The notes beneath the pieces are model-generated. The model was given only the letters and a program-made list of their open reading frames with translations. It was not told the DNA's origin and searched no databases. Source: Phoronis australis (lineage: Eukaryota; Animalia; Phoronida). Taken from it: 64,000 nucleotides of DNA. Numbering within the stretch: position 1 is the stretch's first letter; each line of letters opens with the position of its first letter. Below are positions 51,759 to 63,006 of this stretch, piece after piece. The stretch is from the NCBI GenBank assembly GCA_002633005.1, contig NMRA01000275.1:103336-167335 (forward strand), in the 5' to 3' direction. The translations under genes were made by a program, and so were the position numbers.

Positions 51759-51917
51759 CGTGCCCCCCTAACACATTTGGTGCAGACTGCACCCAGCAGT
51801 GTCATTGTAAAGGTGGGGCTACAGCGTGCAACCGCCAAACTGGAGAATGCAGTGACGGGTGCATGGAAGGTTGGTTGGGCCAGACATGCCAACTATTGGA
51901 ATCAGACATAGAGGACG
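51759..51917 (+). CDS. Tie-like receptor exon 6 (EGF-like 3)
   Basis: ttttcAG acceptor, ACG|GTAAGT donor, 159 nt. Encodes ACPPNTFGADCTQQCHCKGGATACNRQTGECSDGCMEGWLGQTCQLLESDIED. Confidence 0.92.
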
Positions 51918-52066
51918 GTAAGTACACAATAATCACACAAATTCGCCCGCACTTTTCCCTTCGCGACGGCTTCGTCCAAGCGGTGTTCATGACAGCCAAT
52001 GTACTAATTGAACTCACAACCAGAGTAGCTGGAATTATACGTAATGACGGGAAACGGCGTTTTCCC

Positions 52067-52840
52067 GGATTGTTTTGAAAAACCCTCGACCCCCACAACC
52101 CCCTCGACCCACGACCCTCTCGACCTACGACCTTTGGAAATAGAATATCTTTGCGCTTTTTACACACTTCATAACCATAATACCTCGCTGAGTGACTTTC
52201 CCAAATCTGCTTTGGCACAAGATTAAAAATAGAAAGTGGAGTAAGAACAAGATCTGAAAGAGTGGATTCTGAGTGTGCTAACGTTGTCACGGAAATAGTT
52301 CCTCGAGCGGCTACCAATGACCCTGCTCCACTGAACTTACGGAGAGACAACACTAACGTGAAATTTCACATTTTTATTATTTGTTTTCTGTTGTATACTC
52401 GTTAATAATACACTCCATGTAACGTTGAGATACGTTTCTAGTTAATAGTTTGTTTTTTTAAACTGTATTTATTGAAGAAATTACATATTCGTCGTTTCTT
52501 CACACCCGCCCAAAAAAGCTTGAACCTGCCATTCACTGAAGAGCAGACGAGACGATTACACTCTGGCGGGAACGACATTTGTAACATTGGCAGGACTTTG
52601 ATTTGATTTGCTCACGTTGTTTTTTTTTTCTGTTTTTGGCTTTCCGGAATCGACTCTCTTAATTGCAAAAAACAGGGAAAAGGCAGCCGAGCTCACGGCC
52701 AGACTCCGTTGGTCCTGCAAGTGAGCGCTTGTTCTATGTTTAGATGAAGTCAAACTTGTGTAGACTGGGTCGAAAGGGTTGTGGGCTATGGGTCGAGGGG
52801 GTCGTGGGGCTTGAGGATCGAGGGAGTTTTAGAACAATCC
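52067..52840 (+). mobile_element. Non-autonomous MULE-like element, copy 1
   Basis: TIRs GGATTGTT...AACAATCC with subterminal CGACCC repeats. Degenerate 9-bp flanks CGTTTTCCC / CATTTTCTG. Confidence 0.75.
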
Positions 52841-53988
52841 CATTTTCTGTGATTACTTTTGGTCTGAACTCTGGTTGCTAGAAATCTGATTTAAATGATA
52901 TGCTTCTAAGGTTCAGAAGTTGTTTTTATATGTAGAATTATTTTATCTTTCTTTCAAAGAATCTCCAAGAAAAGTCATCGAGTAGATTCAGGACTTGCGA
53001 GAGCGGCAGTAAGGGTGCATCTCCGAATCTTGAAATGAGGTTGCCTCGGGGAAGTGTTGTAGGTCGACAAGCTATATGACAAATTGTGTCGTCTCTCTGC
53101 ATACTCATCTGCCTATGAGCTAACTATGTCCCACTGGATCACACTAGGTCAAGTTTCTAGCTCCTCAGCTCGGTTTTATCATATATTAATAAAGTACAGT
53201 GCAATGGGCCCACATGCGCTGCCTGCACATGTCTGGTAGAACGTGTACCAGGTCGCCTGCAATTATTTTTATATAACTATGTAATAGCTGAATTAAATTA
53301 GTCATTAATTTAAATGTGTCGGGATTTGCATGTTTCTGTAAATCAACGTTAGGCTGCACTTGATAGACTTCGCGGGCTCTGCAGGGGTTATCGGGTTAAG
53401 ACATTTGATTGGTTTTCGATAACTTCTGAAAACATGTCTTACCTGGTTGACTCGGCGAACTCAATATAGTGCAGCCATAGTGCTCCATGATTTTGAGACT
53501 TTTTATATTATTATTTATTTACCAATCAAATGTAATCAACACATTGGCTGTTTCTGTATGTTTTGTTGTGATGCATTATAATGCAGACTCGTTGCAACGC
53601 AAAAGAACGATACTGATGCTGCCCTAAACCCAATTTGTGCTTGAATGTCAAGTGTTTATTAACGCAACATTGATCGCATGAAGTTGCCACGTAACACCTT
53701 GTGACCATTTTTTTCATGTTCACGAAGTTTAAATATACTAAGATCTGACTTGTCAAAAGCAAATAGAATGTGTGTTGTCAACAAATTTTTTTCTGGGGGT
53801 CTGCATAATTCCTTAAAATTTACATGAAAATTGAGACTTTAACGTGTGAATAAGGATGAAAATATACTTGTTACCAACAAAATTCCTGGGACATTCACGA
53901 AGGTCACTAAGACGAGGAATATTGCATGATGGTGTTCATCATTTCGATAATTAGATCCGATGAATCGTTTTCTGTCCTTCATTTGAAG

Positions 53989-54171
53989 TACTGACCCCCG
54001 GCCACCAGGTTACCACGACAACAAAAGCATTGACTACGGCGTTTCAGTATACACTGAGCATGATGGATGAATCCTCAGTAATCACCAATGCTCCCGTTAC
54101 TTCGACCTCTAAACCGGACTATTCGACGATGACTACAGTTATCGACGTTGTTGCCGATGGTGTCACGACTG
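53989..54171 (+). CDS. Tie-like receptor probable exon 7 (Ser/Thr-rich mucin-like segment)
   Basis: Acceptor tctgtccttcatttgaAG, donor CTG|GTACTG, 183 nt open in phase 1-1. Encodes VLTPGHQVTTTTKALTTAFQYTLSMMDESSVITNAPVTSTSKPDYSTMTTVIDVVADGVTT. No homology support, only composition and phase. Confidence 0.65.
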
Positions 54172-55866
54172 GTACTGTTTTAATTTTTCTTTAGTTGCTA
54201 TTATTTTTTGTTCTCATTTGATCTTTTACCCTAAGTAGAATTTCATTTAGCAGGTTACTGGAGGTGACATTTGTTGATAGAACACGTGAAGCTGGTCTAG
54301 CCGACTCCTGAATAATCTCCGTCAAATTAATGAACAACACGAAAATAAACGTGTGTTGTAATTTAGACTATGTAGACTGTCAAGGCTGCCTGAGAGTGAC
54401 AGTGCATGTTTACCTTATTCCTTCATATTTTGTCAGGTTGTCCTTCATCCTAATTACTTCATTTAATCTCAAGGCATTAATTAAAATTTTACCAATTTTG
54501 TAACATGTCATTAATTTTTTAGTTTGCTTGTCAGATCTCACACTAGACGTTGCATTTCGTGTCAAATCGACATAAAACGTACATGTAACATTTGTATATT
54601 AAATAGCTCAAAACATTTTTGTCTTTATCACATCCAACGTGGCGGATCTGTAGGACATTTTGATTTCAATATCACTCATAAACGACCCCAAAAACTGCAT
54701 TTTTCAACTTTTCAGCATAGTAGACTCAAAGCTGGTCATTTCTAGAACGAAACATTGTGCAAAGTCTGACCATATTCTGTTTAAAGATGAAAGCTTTACT
54801 CGCAGAGCTGTTTAGTCTATGTAACGCACCCCCCAAGAGATGCCTCCAAAGTGGATTGACCAAACATTACAAAAGTTGTTTGCGACTTCTCTTGGGAAAC
54901 GTTTGTTTTAAAAATGAACAACAACGACTTTTACACACTCCTGCTGTTTATAAATGTTCCCAGAAAATGCTTTGTTTCAACTGAATGCCCATGGCTTTAC
55001 CTGACTTTATACGCTGTATTGCTTGACTATTTTTATGCAGTTTTGTCAGCTAATAAATATATTATTATGTGTGACAGTACTTACCGTCGTCATGGCTGAT
55101 TGGCAGAAAACCTAGGAAAATGATGAGTGACCTTGTGTTCAGAACATTGCATTTTTAAATGTTCCCACAAAGTGTATTATTTTGGCGTACTGCAATGTAT
55201 AATTCTAGACAAAATTTTAACAATGTAATTAAGTTGGGCAGATGGCATGCTTGAAGAATGTATACAAGATGTCGAATAATTACGTCTCTTGACTAACCTC
55301 GCAAATGATTAGTTGGTAAATTTCTGTCGCTGAAACGTGACCTGTATAGGGGTAGATCCCAGCGAATGGGAGCTCGCCGAGGACCTGATGTTCGACTCAG
55401 GTATCAGTTACACATAGAAAAGCATTTTGATTTGCAAACTAATATGCCTGGCTTCTTAGTATTCTGTCCCCCTTTTCGTCCACATTTTATTAGCGCTTCT
55501 TATAATTTTATTTTTAACTGTTCAAGTGATATATTTCCTCTTTTCCTCTGTTGTGAGTGACAGATGACAAATATACATTGCCCTCTCCTCCAATTACCAA
55601 TTCCCCTTGGTTACTACTGTTCATCTAGTGGAACTTAACACCTTACAATATGAAACAAACTTGGTGATACGTAGTAAGGTTTACCTGGACAAGATAGTCA
55701 ACCTGTATGTACAACAAGATCGAGATCATTCCCTGCAAAAAATTGAAATTGTCGGCAAGGGTATTTTTTGCGAACTTGCACAATCTAATCAATTGTGACG
55801 AAAGATCACTTAACACAAAAGAAAAAAATTGACACACACATCAGGCCTATCTTCGGCGTGTCGCTC

Positions 55867-55870
<4 letters not shown>

Positions 55871-55940
<70 letters not shown>
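55871..55940. repeat. (TG)35 microsatellite
   Basis: Perfect dinucleotide run followed by (CG)4. Confidence 0.99.
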
Positions 55941-55948
<8 letters not shown>

Positions 55949-56975
55949 AAACTTCACTGTATTGGTACTTTCATTTTTGCCTCTTAATACCTACCAAGCT
56001 CCCTGTGTGCCTTTGTGCAAACTTCCATGTTCCTGTACAAGACAGCATGGCTGACGTTGATTTTCTGACGACTCCGACTATTGTGGCATTACTTATTGGC
56101 AATTTAGGTTTTCTTTCAATATGCCTCAATTAATGGGTCTTTATGTGATTTACAAGTTTTCATGAAGGAAGCGAAAACACCTCAATATCAAACAATTGAC
56201 AAATTGTCATTGCGTTCAGTTTAATATGTGCCAAGTTCTTCGATGAGTCTTCTTGAAAGTAATCCATTGAGTTTCAAATGAGGAGAGCCTGCTCAACTAT
56301 GTTGATTTTAGATGGATGTGACTACCGTAGAAATATTTCAAAAAGTGAATTCCTTATCTCTTTACAACGCTGTACATGGTAGCCACATGTCAACGTCCCG
56401 CGTTGCTCTTGTACATATTTGGTAAAATATAGATGCGTAGTATATTGGGGTATCCGTCTTCTGTTTCAAAGAATGAATTTAATATTGCAGTTGAAAACGC
56501 TATGTCTATGTAAAAATAGTCGGCTTGTACATGTTATGTTTGATCCGGGTATTCAGCAACAGCCGTCAAAGTTCGGAGAACACTGCATAGTGTTGTGCCC
56601 CCAGAGTGTTCAGCATTTTCGTTGTTTTCGACGTGTTTCGCGTCATCTGGTGACCATTTTATAGCATTTATAAACACCCCCGAAATGCACACCGTTTGCT
56701 GTGCAGTTGTGGGTATGTTTCAACGTTTTGTTTGCATTGATGGGGAATAAAAGTACATTGTTGTATATTATTAGTTGATTTTCCTGCTTAGATAAAACAA
56801 TTTTGAAACGGTTTAACGTTCCAAAACTAGTTCCTATGATGTTCCCATGGTGATAATCCAATCAGGGAAAACTAAAGGTTTCAAGTCATGCCGTTTTGTC
56901 TAGGAATTGAACTTTTTAATTAGGCCATTTGACAGGAGTAGACTGACATATATCTTTGTTTAATAAGTTTAATAT

Positions 56976-57745
56976 GGATTGTTCTAAAAAACCCACGACA
57001 CCCTCGACCCACGACACAGAACCCCCTCTACCCAGTCTACGCTAGCTCGACTCCATCTGAATATAGAACAGGCGCTGACTTGCAGGACCAATGAGTTGGA
57101 CCGTGAGCTCGACTGGCTTTTCCCTGTTTTTTGCAATTCAGAGAGTCATTTCGGCAAGTTTAAATCCTAAAACAGGAAAAAAGCAACGCGACCAAATCAA
57201 ATAAAAGACCTACTAACTTTACAAATGTCGTTCCCTGCAGAGTGTAATCGTCTCGTCTGCTATTCAATGAATGGCACTGCGAGAAACCAACAAAACTGTA
57301 ATTTCATCAGTAAATAAAGTTTGAAAAAACAAACTGTTAACTAAAAAGTAGCTCAACGTTTCATGAGTATACAACAGAAAACAAATAATAAAAATTTCAT
57401 TCACGTTTGTGTACTCTCTCTCTAAGGTTAGTAGAACTGGGCCGTTGGTAGCCGCTCGTGGAACTACTTGTATTTCCGTGACAACGATAGCGTGCTCACA
57501 ATGCGCTATTTCAGGTCACGTACTCGAGTCACTTTCTTTTTTAATCACCTGACTTGAGCCAGAGCAGACTCGCGTTTAGGTATGTCTTATTTTTTGGGAT
57601 ATTTAAAATGAGGGTGGCCTCTTCAGTGATAGCACTGCTTTCCAAGAGGGCCCTCTAAGAAAAAGTGCAAAAATACCTCTATTGCCACAGGTCGTGGGTC
57701 ATGGGTCGAGGGGTGTGTGGGGTCGAGGGGGTTTTAGAACAGTCC
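56976..57745 (-). mobile_element. Non-autonomous MULE-like element, copy 2 (inverted relative to copy 1)
   Basis: Same TIRs. 9-bp flanks GTTTAATAT / GTTTAGTTT. Interior is the reverse complement of copy 1 (e.g. AGAGTGTAATCGTCTCGTCTGC versus GCAGACGAGACGATTACACTCT). Confidence 0.78.
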
Positions 57746-57780
57746 GTTTAGTTTGTGTTTGTTTACTAGCACATAGCACT

Positions 57781-58163
57781 TGATTGACATGAACATTGAG
57801 GTCAGGCCAGCGATTGCGTAATTTGTTTGCAATATAATATTAGGGAAAATTCTTGAAGATTCCGGTATGTTAGTGATTGATATAGAACCATAATCTGGAG
57901 CATTCTAGACCCTAGAATATGCCTGTAGGTTTTTTGGGTTGATTCCGTAAGATCTAAAATGTGCTTGAATAGGTGACCAGTGCCAGAACGATGTGAGAGA
58001 CTATAAATACCCACACACAGGGTAGTTGATTAGAGTTATAGTTGAGTAGCAGTTACAGCATCAGCAGTTGCAGCGTTAGTCAATAAAGTGCCAGCTACGG
58101 AGGCAGTAGATTATTGAATAAACGACTTTAACAGTCGTTAGAACGTCGTCACAAAACTTCACA
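57781..58163 (+). mobile_element. Solo LTR
   Basis: TG...CA ends with a perfect 5-bp duplication GCACT (57776-80 and 58164-68), TATAAA at 58002, and AATAAA at 58082 and about 58117. Confidence 0.7.
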
Positions 58164-58896
58164 GCACTGGATGGAGCATAGAATAGACATTACGTCAGAC
58201 GTTTTGTTTGAGTAGATTAGTGAACGTACGGTCGAGATTAATAAAGTGATCAACTCAACCAGTTTTCAATCTATAATCCCACGGAAAGTTATTAGCACCG
58301 GTCGACGACAACCAGCGCCCACCCATCCAGGTGGAAAACGTGTCACCATTTACCGCAACTAAATTGGTCTTAACTTTATCTTTACTCAGATATGAAATGT
58401 TTTCTGAGTTTGGAAAGAACTGACAGTTCGCATTAGTTGAGACCATGCTCGTCGCATAACATGACATGCTGTAACAAGCCAACTTGTGGTGCTCCAATTA
58501 GCAATAACAAACTGTCAGCTCTATCGAAGCCCTGAAATCATCTTCAGTTTCACTTAGAAACAATTTGAGACTTATTTCAGAACAACAAGACCAAATCAGA
58601 AAAGTTTTCGTAATGGAGGGAGGCTTGAACTTTTATTTTCTGACTGACGTAAACTCAAAACAAACTCTTGCCACCAAAACGCATTTAGCAATTCATGCTC
58701 TAATTTAAATAAACCTGTCAGGTTGTGCACTTCGTGTTCATCCAATGTACATTTGAAATTCTATGCTGATACGCCGAGTTTCAGACGTATACTTACATCT
58801 AAATTTAGCACTCATCCACTGCTCGTAACCTCCTAACTATGACTTACAGGTGTACTCTTGAGGCAGACGTTCAAACATATCTAATCATTCTTACAG

Positions 58897-59220
58897 GCCG
58901 TGGACAGCCAATCGAAAACCTACGTTTAGTGGGTTCATTTCCTACGTATTTGAATATTCATTGGGACGATACATCAAAGAATGCAGATGAGATACAAGGG
59001 TACATCGTCTCCTATAGTATTATTTGCTACCGTAAGTGTAAGCCATGCGCCAAACGCGGAGACTGGAAAAACATCACTTTATCAAGATCAAGGTCCGGAA
59101 ATATGACTCAGCGCCTGAAACGTCTGGAGCCATATACGTCATACATGGTCACGGTTAGAACGACCACTCGGACTCGTACCGACGTGCCTGTAAGCATCGA
59201 GGCTTCCACGGGTGAAAAAG
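58897..59220 (+). CDS. Tie-like receptor exon, fibronectin type III repeat 1
   Basis: ttacAG acceptor, AAG|GTGTGT donor, 324 nt, phase 1-1. FN3 motifs IENLRL, LNIHW, GYIVSY and LEPYTSYMVTV. Confidence 0.9.
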
Positions 59221-59882
59221 GTGTGTTGCTATAACAACAATGAGATTTATTGTTTTCGCATTTTAGTGAGGGTTCTTCAGCGCTGTAATTGCATATCTTA
59301 CAAATATGGACGGATCCCGAGGGTAGTAACAAGTCCATATAACCGGATATGCCTAAGGTCCCAGTCTACTGTTGTTTAATAATACGACTATTCATGCTTT
59401 TTTACCCTACTTTCTTCGTCTATTAGATAGGCATTTGTTCTTTCCTGTTGCGATGTATTGCCATCGTCTGCTCGCTAATTCTACTTACACCATCAGGAGT
59501 CCTGGCTCCTGCAGCGTGCAATTGGTTGGATCACGAATAAAGTCGCGCATCTGACGTCCAAGTTGTAGTTTCATATTGTGTTTTAGCCAACCAGAGTACA
59601 GTAGTATCAGCGTTCATATACTAATGCATTACTGTCTTGACGCAAGAAACTTGAAAGTGTTGATGGCTAGATATCCTGCTTCGAAATAATGCTATGCTTA
59701 GTGCCCAGGATCGGAGTAAGTTCTTGAAACTAAGTTATTGTTTTATTTTAAAAATCTGTTGTAGTAATTTACTTGGTGTTAAAATATTTAAATTATATGT
59801 CTAGTTACTAAAACATAATTAAAAGTGTACGTCGTGCTATCATTTTCTTCATTCATTTTGTATGGTAAGAATTTATTTTCAG

Positions 59883-60182
59883 TGCCAATTGAGACGCCTG
59901 GTGCCCTCAAACTAATGGATGTCCAGTTCAAGTTGGCCGTTTTTACTTGGCAGCCTCCTCCGTGCACAAGCATCCGTGGTGAACTCAAAGGCTACCGCTA
60001 TAATCTGTACCTCACCAATGAAAACGTCCAAGTGCGTCATGGCACAGTGAATGTGGAAGACATGTCAATTGTGCTGAAAAATCTCAATACTTCAACCAGT
60101 TACAGATTTGACCTCAGCGCTTTCAACAACGTAGGAAACGGGCCGCAGTCATCTGTGGTATTTACCACGAAATCCCTGGAAG
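59883..60182 (+). CDS. Tie-like receptor exon, FN3 repeat 2
   Basis: ttttcAG acceptor, AAG|GTTGGA donor, 300 nt, phase 1-1. Encodes WQPPPC...GELKGYRY...LNTSTSYRFDLSAFNNVGNGP. Confidence 0.92.
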
Positions 60183-60512
60183 GTTGGAATATTACTGCAC
60201 AACTTTCTGTTTCTGTTCATTGTAACTTCACTCGAACCCACTTCAATAACCACGGTCATAAATAAACTCAAAAGTTATTATATTCTTGACCACACACAAG
60301 TACAATTACAATGTAGAAAAATTTATTAACTGGCTTTGGAACTTATTGTGCTCTCCGAAAGTAGTCCATTGTTTTTTACTTTGGAGCTGACTACAGATAC
60401 ATTATGTATATAAAAAGTGCTAAAAACGGATGACGTAATCAGGGAAATCGCCTGTGAGAAAAAGTAGAAAGTGCTTTGTTCTAGGTAAGTTTTCACTTTC
60501 GTGTATTTTCAG

Positions 60513-60619
60513 AACAAGACCCTCCGTTGTTCCTCAAAATGGAGTCTAATACACAAACAACACTGTTGATATCATGGGAAAAACCTAAGGCATATACTGG
60601 TGGATTATTTGGTTATGAG
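60513..60619 (+). CDS. Tie-like receptor exon, FN3 repeat 3 N-terminal half
   Basis: ttttcAG acceptor, GAG|GTACCT donor, phase 1-0. Encodes EQDPPLFLKMESNTQTTLLISWEKPKAYTGGLFGYE. Confidence 0.88.
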
Positions 60620-61202
60620 GTACCTAAGAACTTACGATTGGCATTTCTTCTCTGCAGTTGTTCTCCAGAGCTCCAATATTTCACTGTTGCTATCCATTAC
60701 GTACTTAATTGTTTCCTTAAGACAGACGAATTTCTCCTTTTTCAACTTTCCAGTTATACTTTCACTATTTCTTTTTTCTTGTTGTATCAGCTTCTTAAAT
60801 ATATAGCAGTTTTCTGTGCTACTTACAAATCAGTATGGTGGCCATATCGTCAGTAGTTCACCTTTTTCTATTGGGAAACTGGTTCAGTTTTCATGTTAGT
60901 TTTTTTTTTTAATTCAAAGTCTTCAGTGTTTGAGTATTGCTTCGGTTGACTTCGAAATCCCTTAAACCACACTGACAATGAACAACCTTTGCCACATAAC
61001 CACCTTATCCTCGTGTGTTTGCGTCACGAATTAAAGTTTTGTTTATTTAACCCATTTGACACGATTTTTTGAAGTACATTGTTCTTAACAGTGCTGAAGT
61101 TTGATGTCGATATGTGTTTATTTTTAATTCCAATTCCACTTTGTCGAGTACATTCTACTGCAAAAAGTCCGCACTGGGAACTAATAACGTTTCAATTTGT
61201 AG

Positions 61203-61404
61203 ATACATGTTGCGGTTGATAGTTCATTTCACCCCAGCGTCAGTACAAAGAAACCCCCGATGCCGCTGAAAGTGCCAGACTATGTCACCAAACAAACCAT
61301 CCAAGATTTGCAGGCAGGGACACTATATCAAGTCAGTGTTCAAGCCGAATATGAATCCGGTTTGGGTCCGTCGGCTGTAAAGCAAATGTGGACGGAAATT
61401 AAAG
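61203..61404 (+). CDS. Tie-like receptor exon, FN3 repeat 3 C-terminal half
   Basis: ttgtAG acceptor, AAG|GTAAAC donor, phase 0-1, complementing the previous exon. Encodes IHVAV...IQDLQAGTLYQVSVQAEYESGLGPSAVKQMWTEIK. Confidence 0.9.
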
Positions 61405-62269
61405 GTAAACTATATCAACCCACCTATTGGTGTAGAACATGTTAAAATTGCATGTAACGCCACATTTTGTTTTCGTTCCTCAATACCACGAGTGATATTT
61501 ACCACAAGCCCATACAATGGCGTGTAGGCCTACATAAAATTGAAAAAGCGATCAATCACGCGTTCTGTATACTGGGTCTCCCGCAGTCGCAGTAGGGAGA
61601 TGGTTAATGCTCCACAAGATCAATGACCCTGTCTGAAACGGGCAATTACACTGTGGAATGAATAGCGTTCATTGATTGCTTCTATGTAAAGATTCAACGA
61701 ATCTAAATTGATTTATTCGAGTTTAGAGGGTGCGACTTTGGTTAGATCTGATTAGTGCGTTATGTGTTGCGCTATCTTCTTTTCCTATGACAAATTCTAG
61801 ACTCTGAACCAAATAAGTGATCATTCTTCTTATGGTTACAACTTATCACATCTTTCAAGTAGGCGAAGCTTGTACTTTGGTACTTGTCAGCCGTTCAAAT
61901 CTTTTACAAAACAGCTGCAAGCCGATAAGTTTCATACAGAGCGTCAGAAGTTGACTTCGTTTAGTTTAAAAGGCAGCTATGCTTTGTGATTGTGTGTGGA
62001 TGGAGAGAGAATGATCAAATCCAGTAACTAATGTATCAATATATTTCATAACCGACAACCACTAATTAAAACAAGTGAAACTTGCTGTTAAACAACAAGG
62101 AAGGATAGTAACTTCTCTAGCGCCCTCTGTAGGGATAATTTCAATCAGTTAATAATAAATAATCAAACGTCTTATCTGCAATCTAAGCTGTAGAACTCGA
62201 CACTCGTTGGATTACAGTCCTGTTAGTCGTTCGTTGTACTAACGCACACTGTACTGCAACAGTGTACTT

Positions 62270-62384
62270 GCTGGTCACAGTCCCTCGTGACGCAACACGC
62301 GTAGGCAGTATCTTACTACTCACGATTCTTTTTGCTGGCCACAGCCCCTTGTGACGCAACACGTGTAAGAAGCATCTTACTATA
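62270..62384. repeat. Two diverged direct copies of an approximately 63-bp unit
   Basis: GCTGG.CACAG.CCCT.GTGACGCAACACG.GTA...CTTACTA appears twice. Confidence 0.75.
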
Positions 62385-62909
62385 CCTACGATGCTCTTGG
62401 TTAACTTCCTGTTCGTTAACCCTTGCCCTTGCCAATACCTTCTTTGGAATCTTCCGCGAGATGGCTCTGTTATACTATTTCTTCAGTGTATTGAAGCAAG
62501 TCTCATAGCCTCAACAACCAAATTCCATCTGGCTATTTCCAGAGTTCTGCCCAAGTTATAATAATGCACTTACTTAGCAATTGGCTAATATAAACCACAT
62601 GACCATATAATTGGCTGATCTCAGAAACTTCTAGAATTCTCCCAGTGCATTGACCTCATATGAAAAGAAGTGAACATCACCTAACGTGCATGTAGATATC
62701 AAAAGTACGTGTAAACAAATTTGACCCCATGGTTTTATAAGTACCTGCACAAACTTTGGGCAACTTCAGTGGAACTCTCTACTAGTTACATAATCAATAT
62801 TGATTCTGACATAGAGTTTCAGTTGTGAACTCCTAAAATTTAAATACTCCAATTTTATGACATTGCAGCTAAGTTCAAACCTAGTTGGTTACTCCGTTTT
62901 CCGTTACAG

Positions 62910-63006
62910 CTCCACCAGTTCCGGAACCACCCACTGTGTTACAGCAAACTGGAAGCACGTTGACATTGAATTTACCTACTGTGGATGGAGACGCTGGTCC
63001 AATAAA
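62910..63006 (+). CDS. Tie-like receptor exon, start of a fourth FN3-like (membrane-proximal type) domain
   Basis: ccgttacAG acceptor in phase 1. Encodes APPVPEPPTVLQQTGSTLTLNLPTVDGDAGPI(K), with probable donor AA|GTACAG (phase 2). Read-through stops within a few codons. The gene continues beyond the window. Confidence 0.75.

Noticed and set aside
51802-52353. Longest ORF in the track (183 aa, minus strand)
   Set aside because: Antisense shadow of the EGF3 exon running into a MULE-like repeat, with no recognisable domain.
52960-53010. Possible extra exon after the strong acceptor ttctttcaaAG
   Set aside because: Phase-1 frame hits TAG after 8 codons and TAA soon after.
55795-56133. Cys/Val-rich ORFs
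   Set aside because: Translation of the (TG)n microsatellite.
62185-62700. Second, reverse-oriented solo LTR
   Set aside because: LTR-like composition, but no TG..CA ends with a matching TSD could be fixed.
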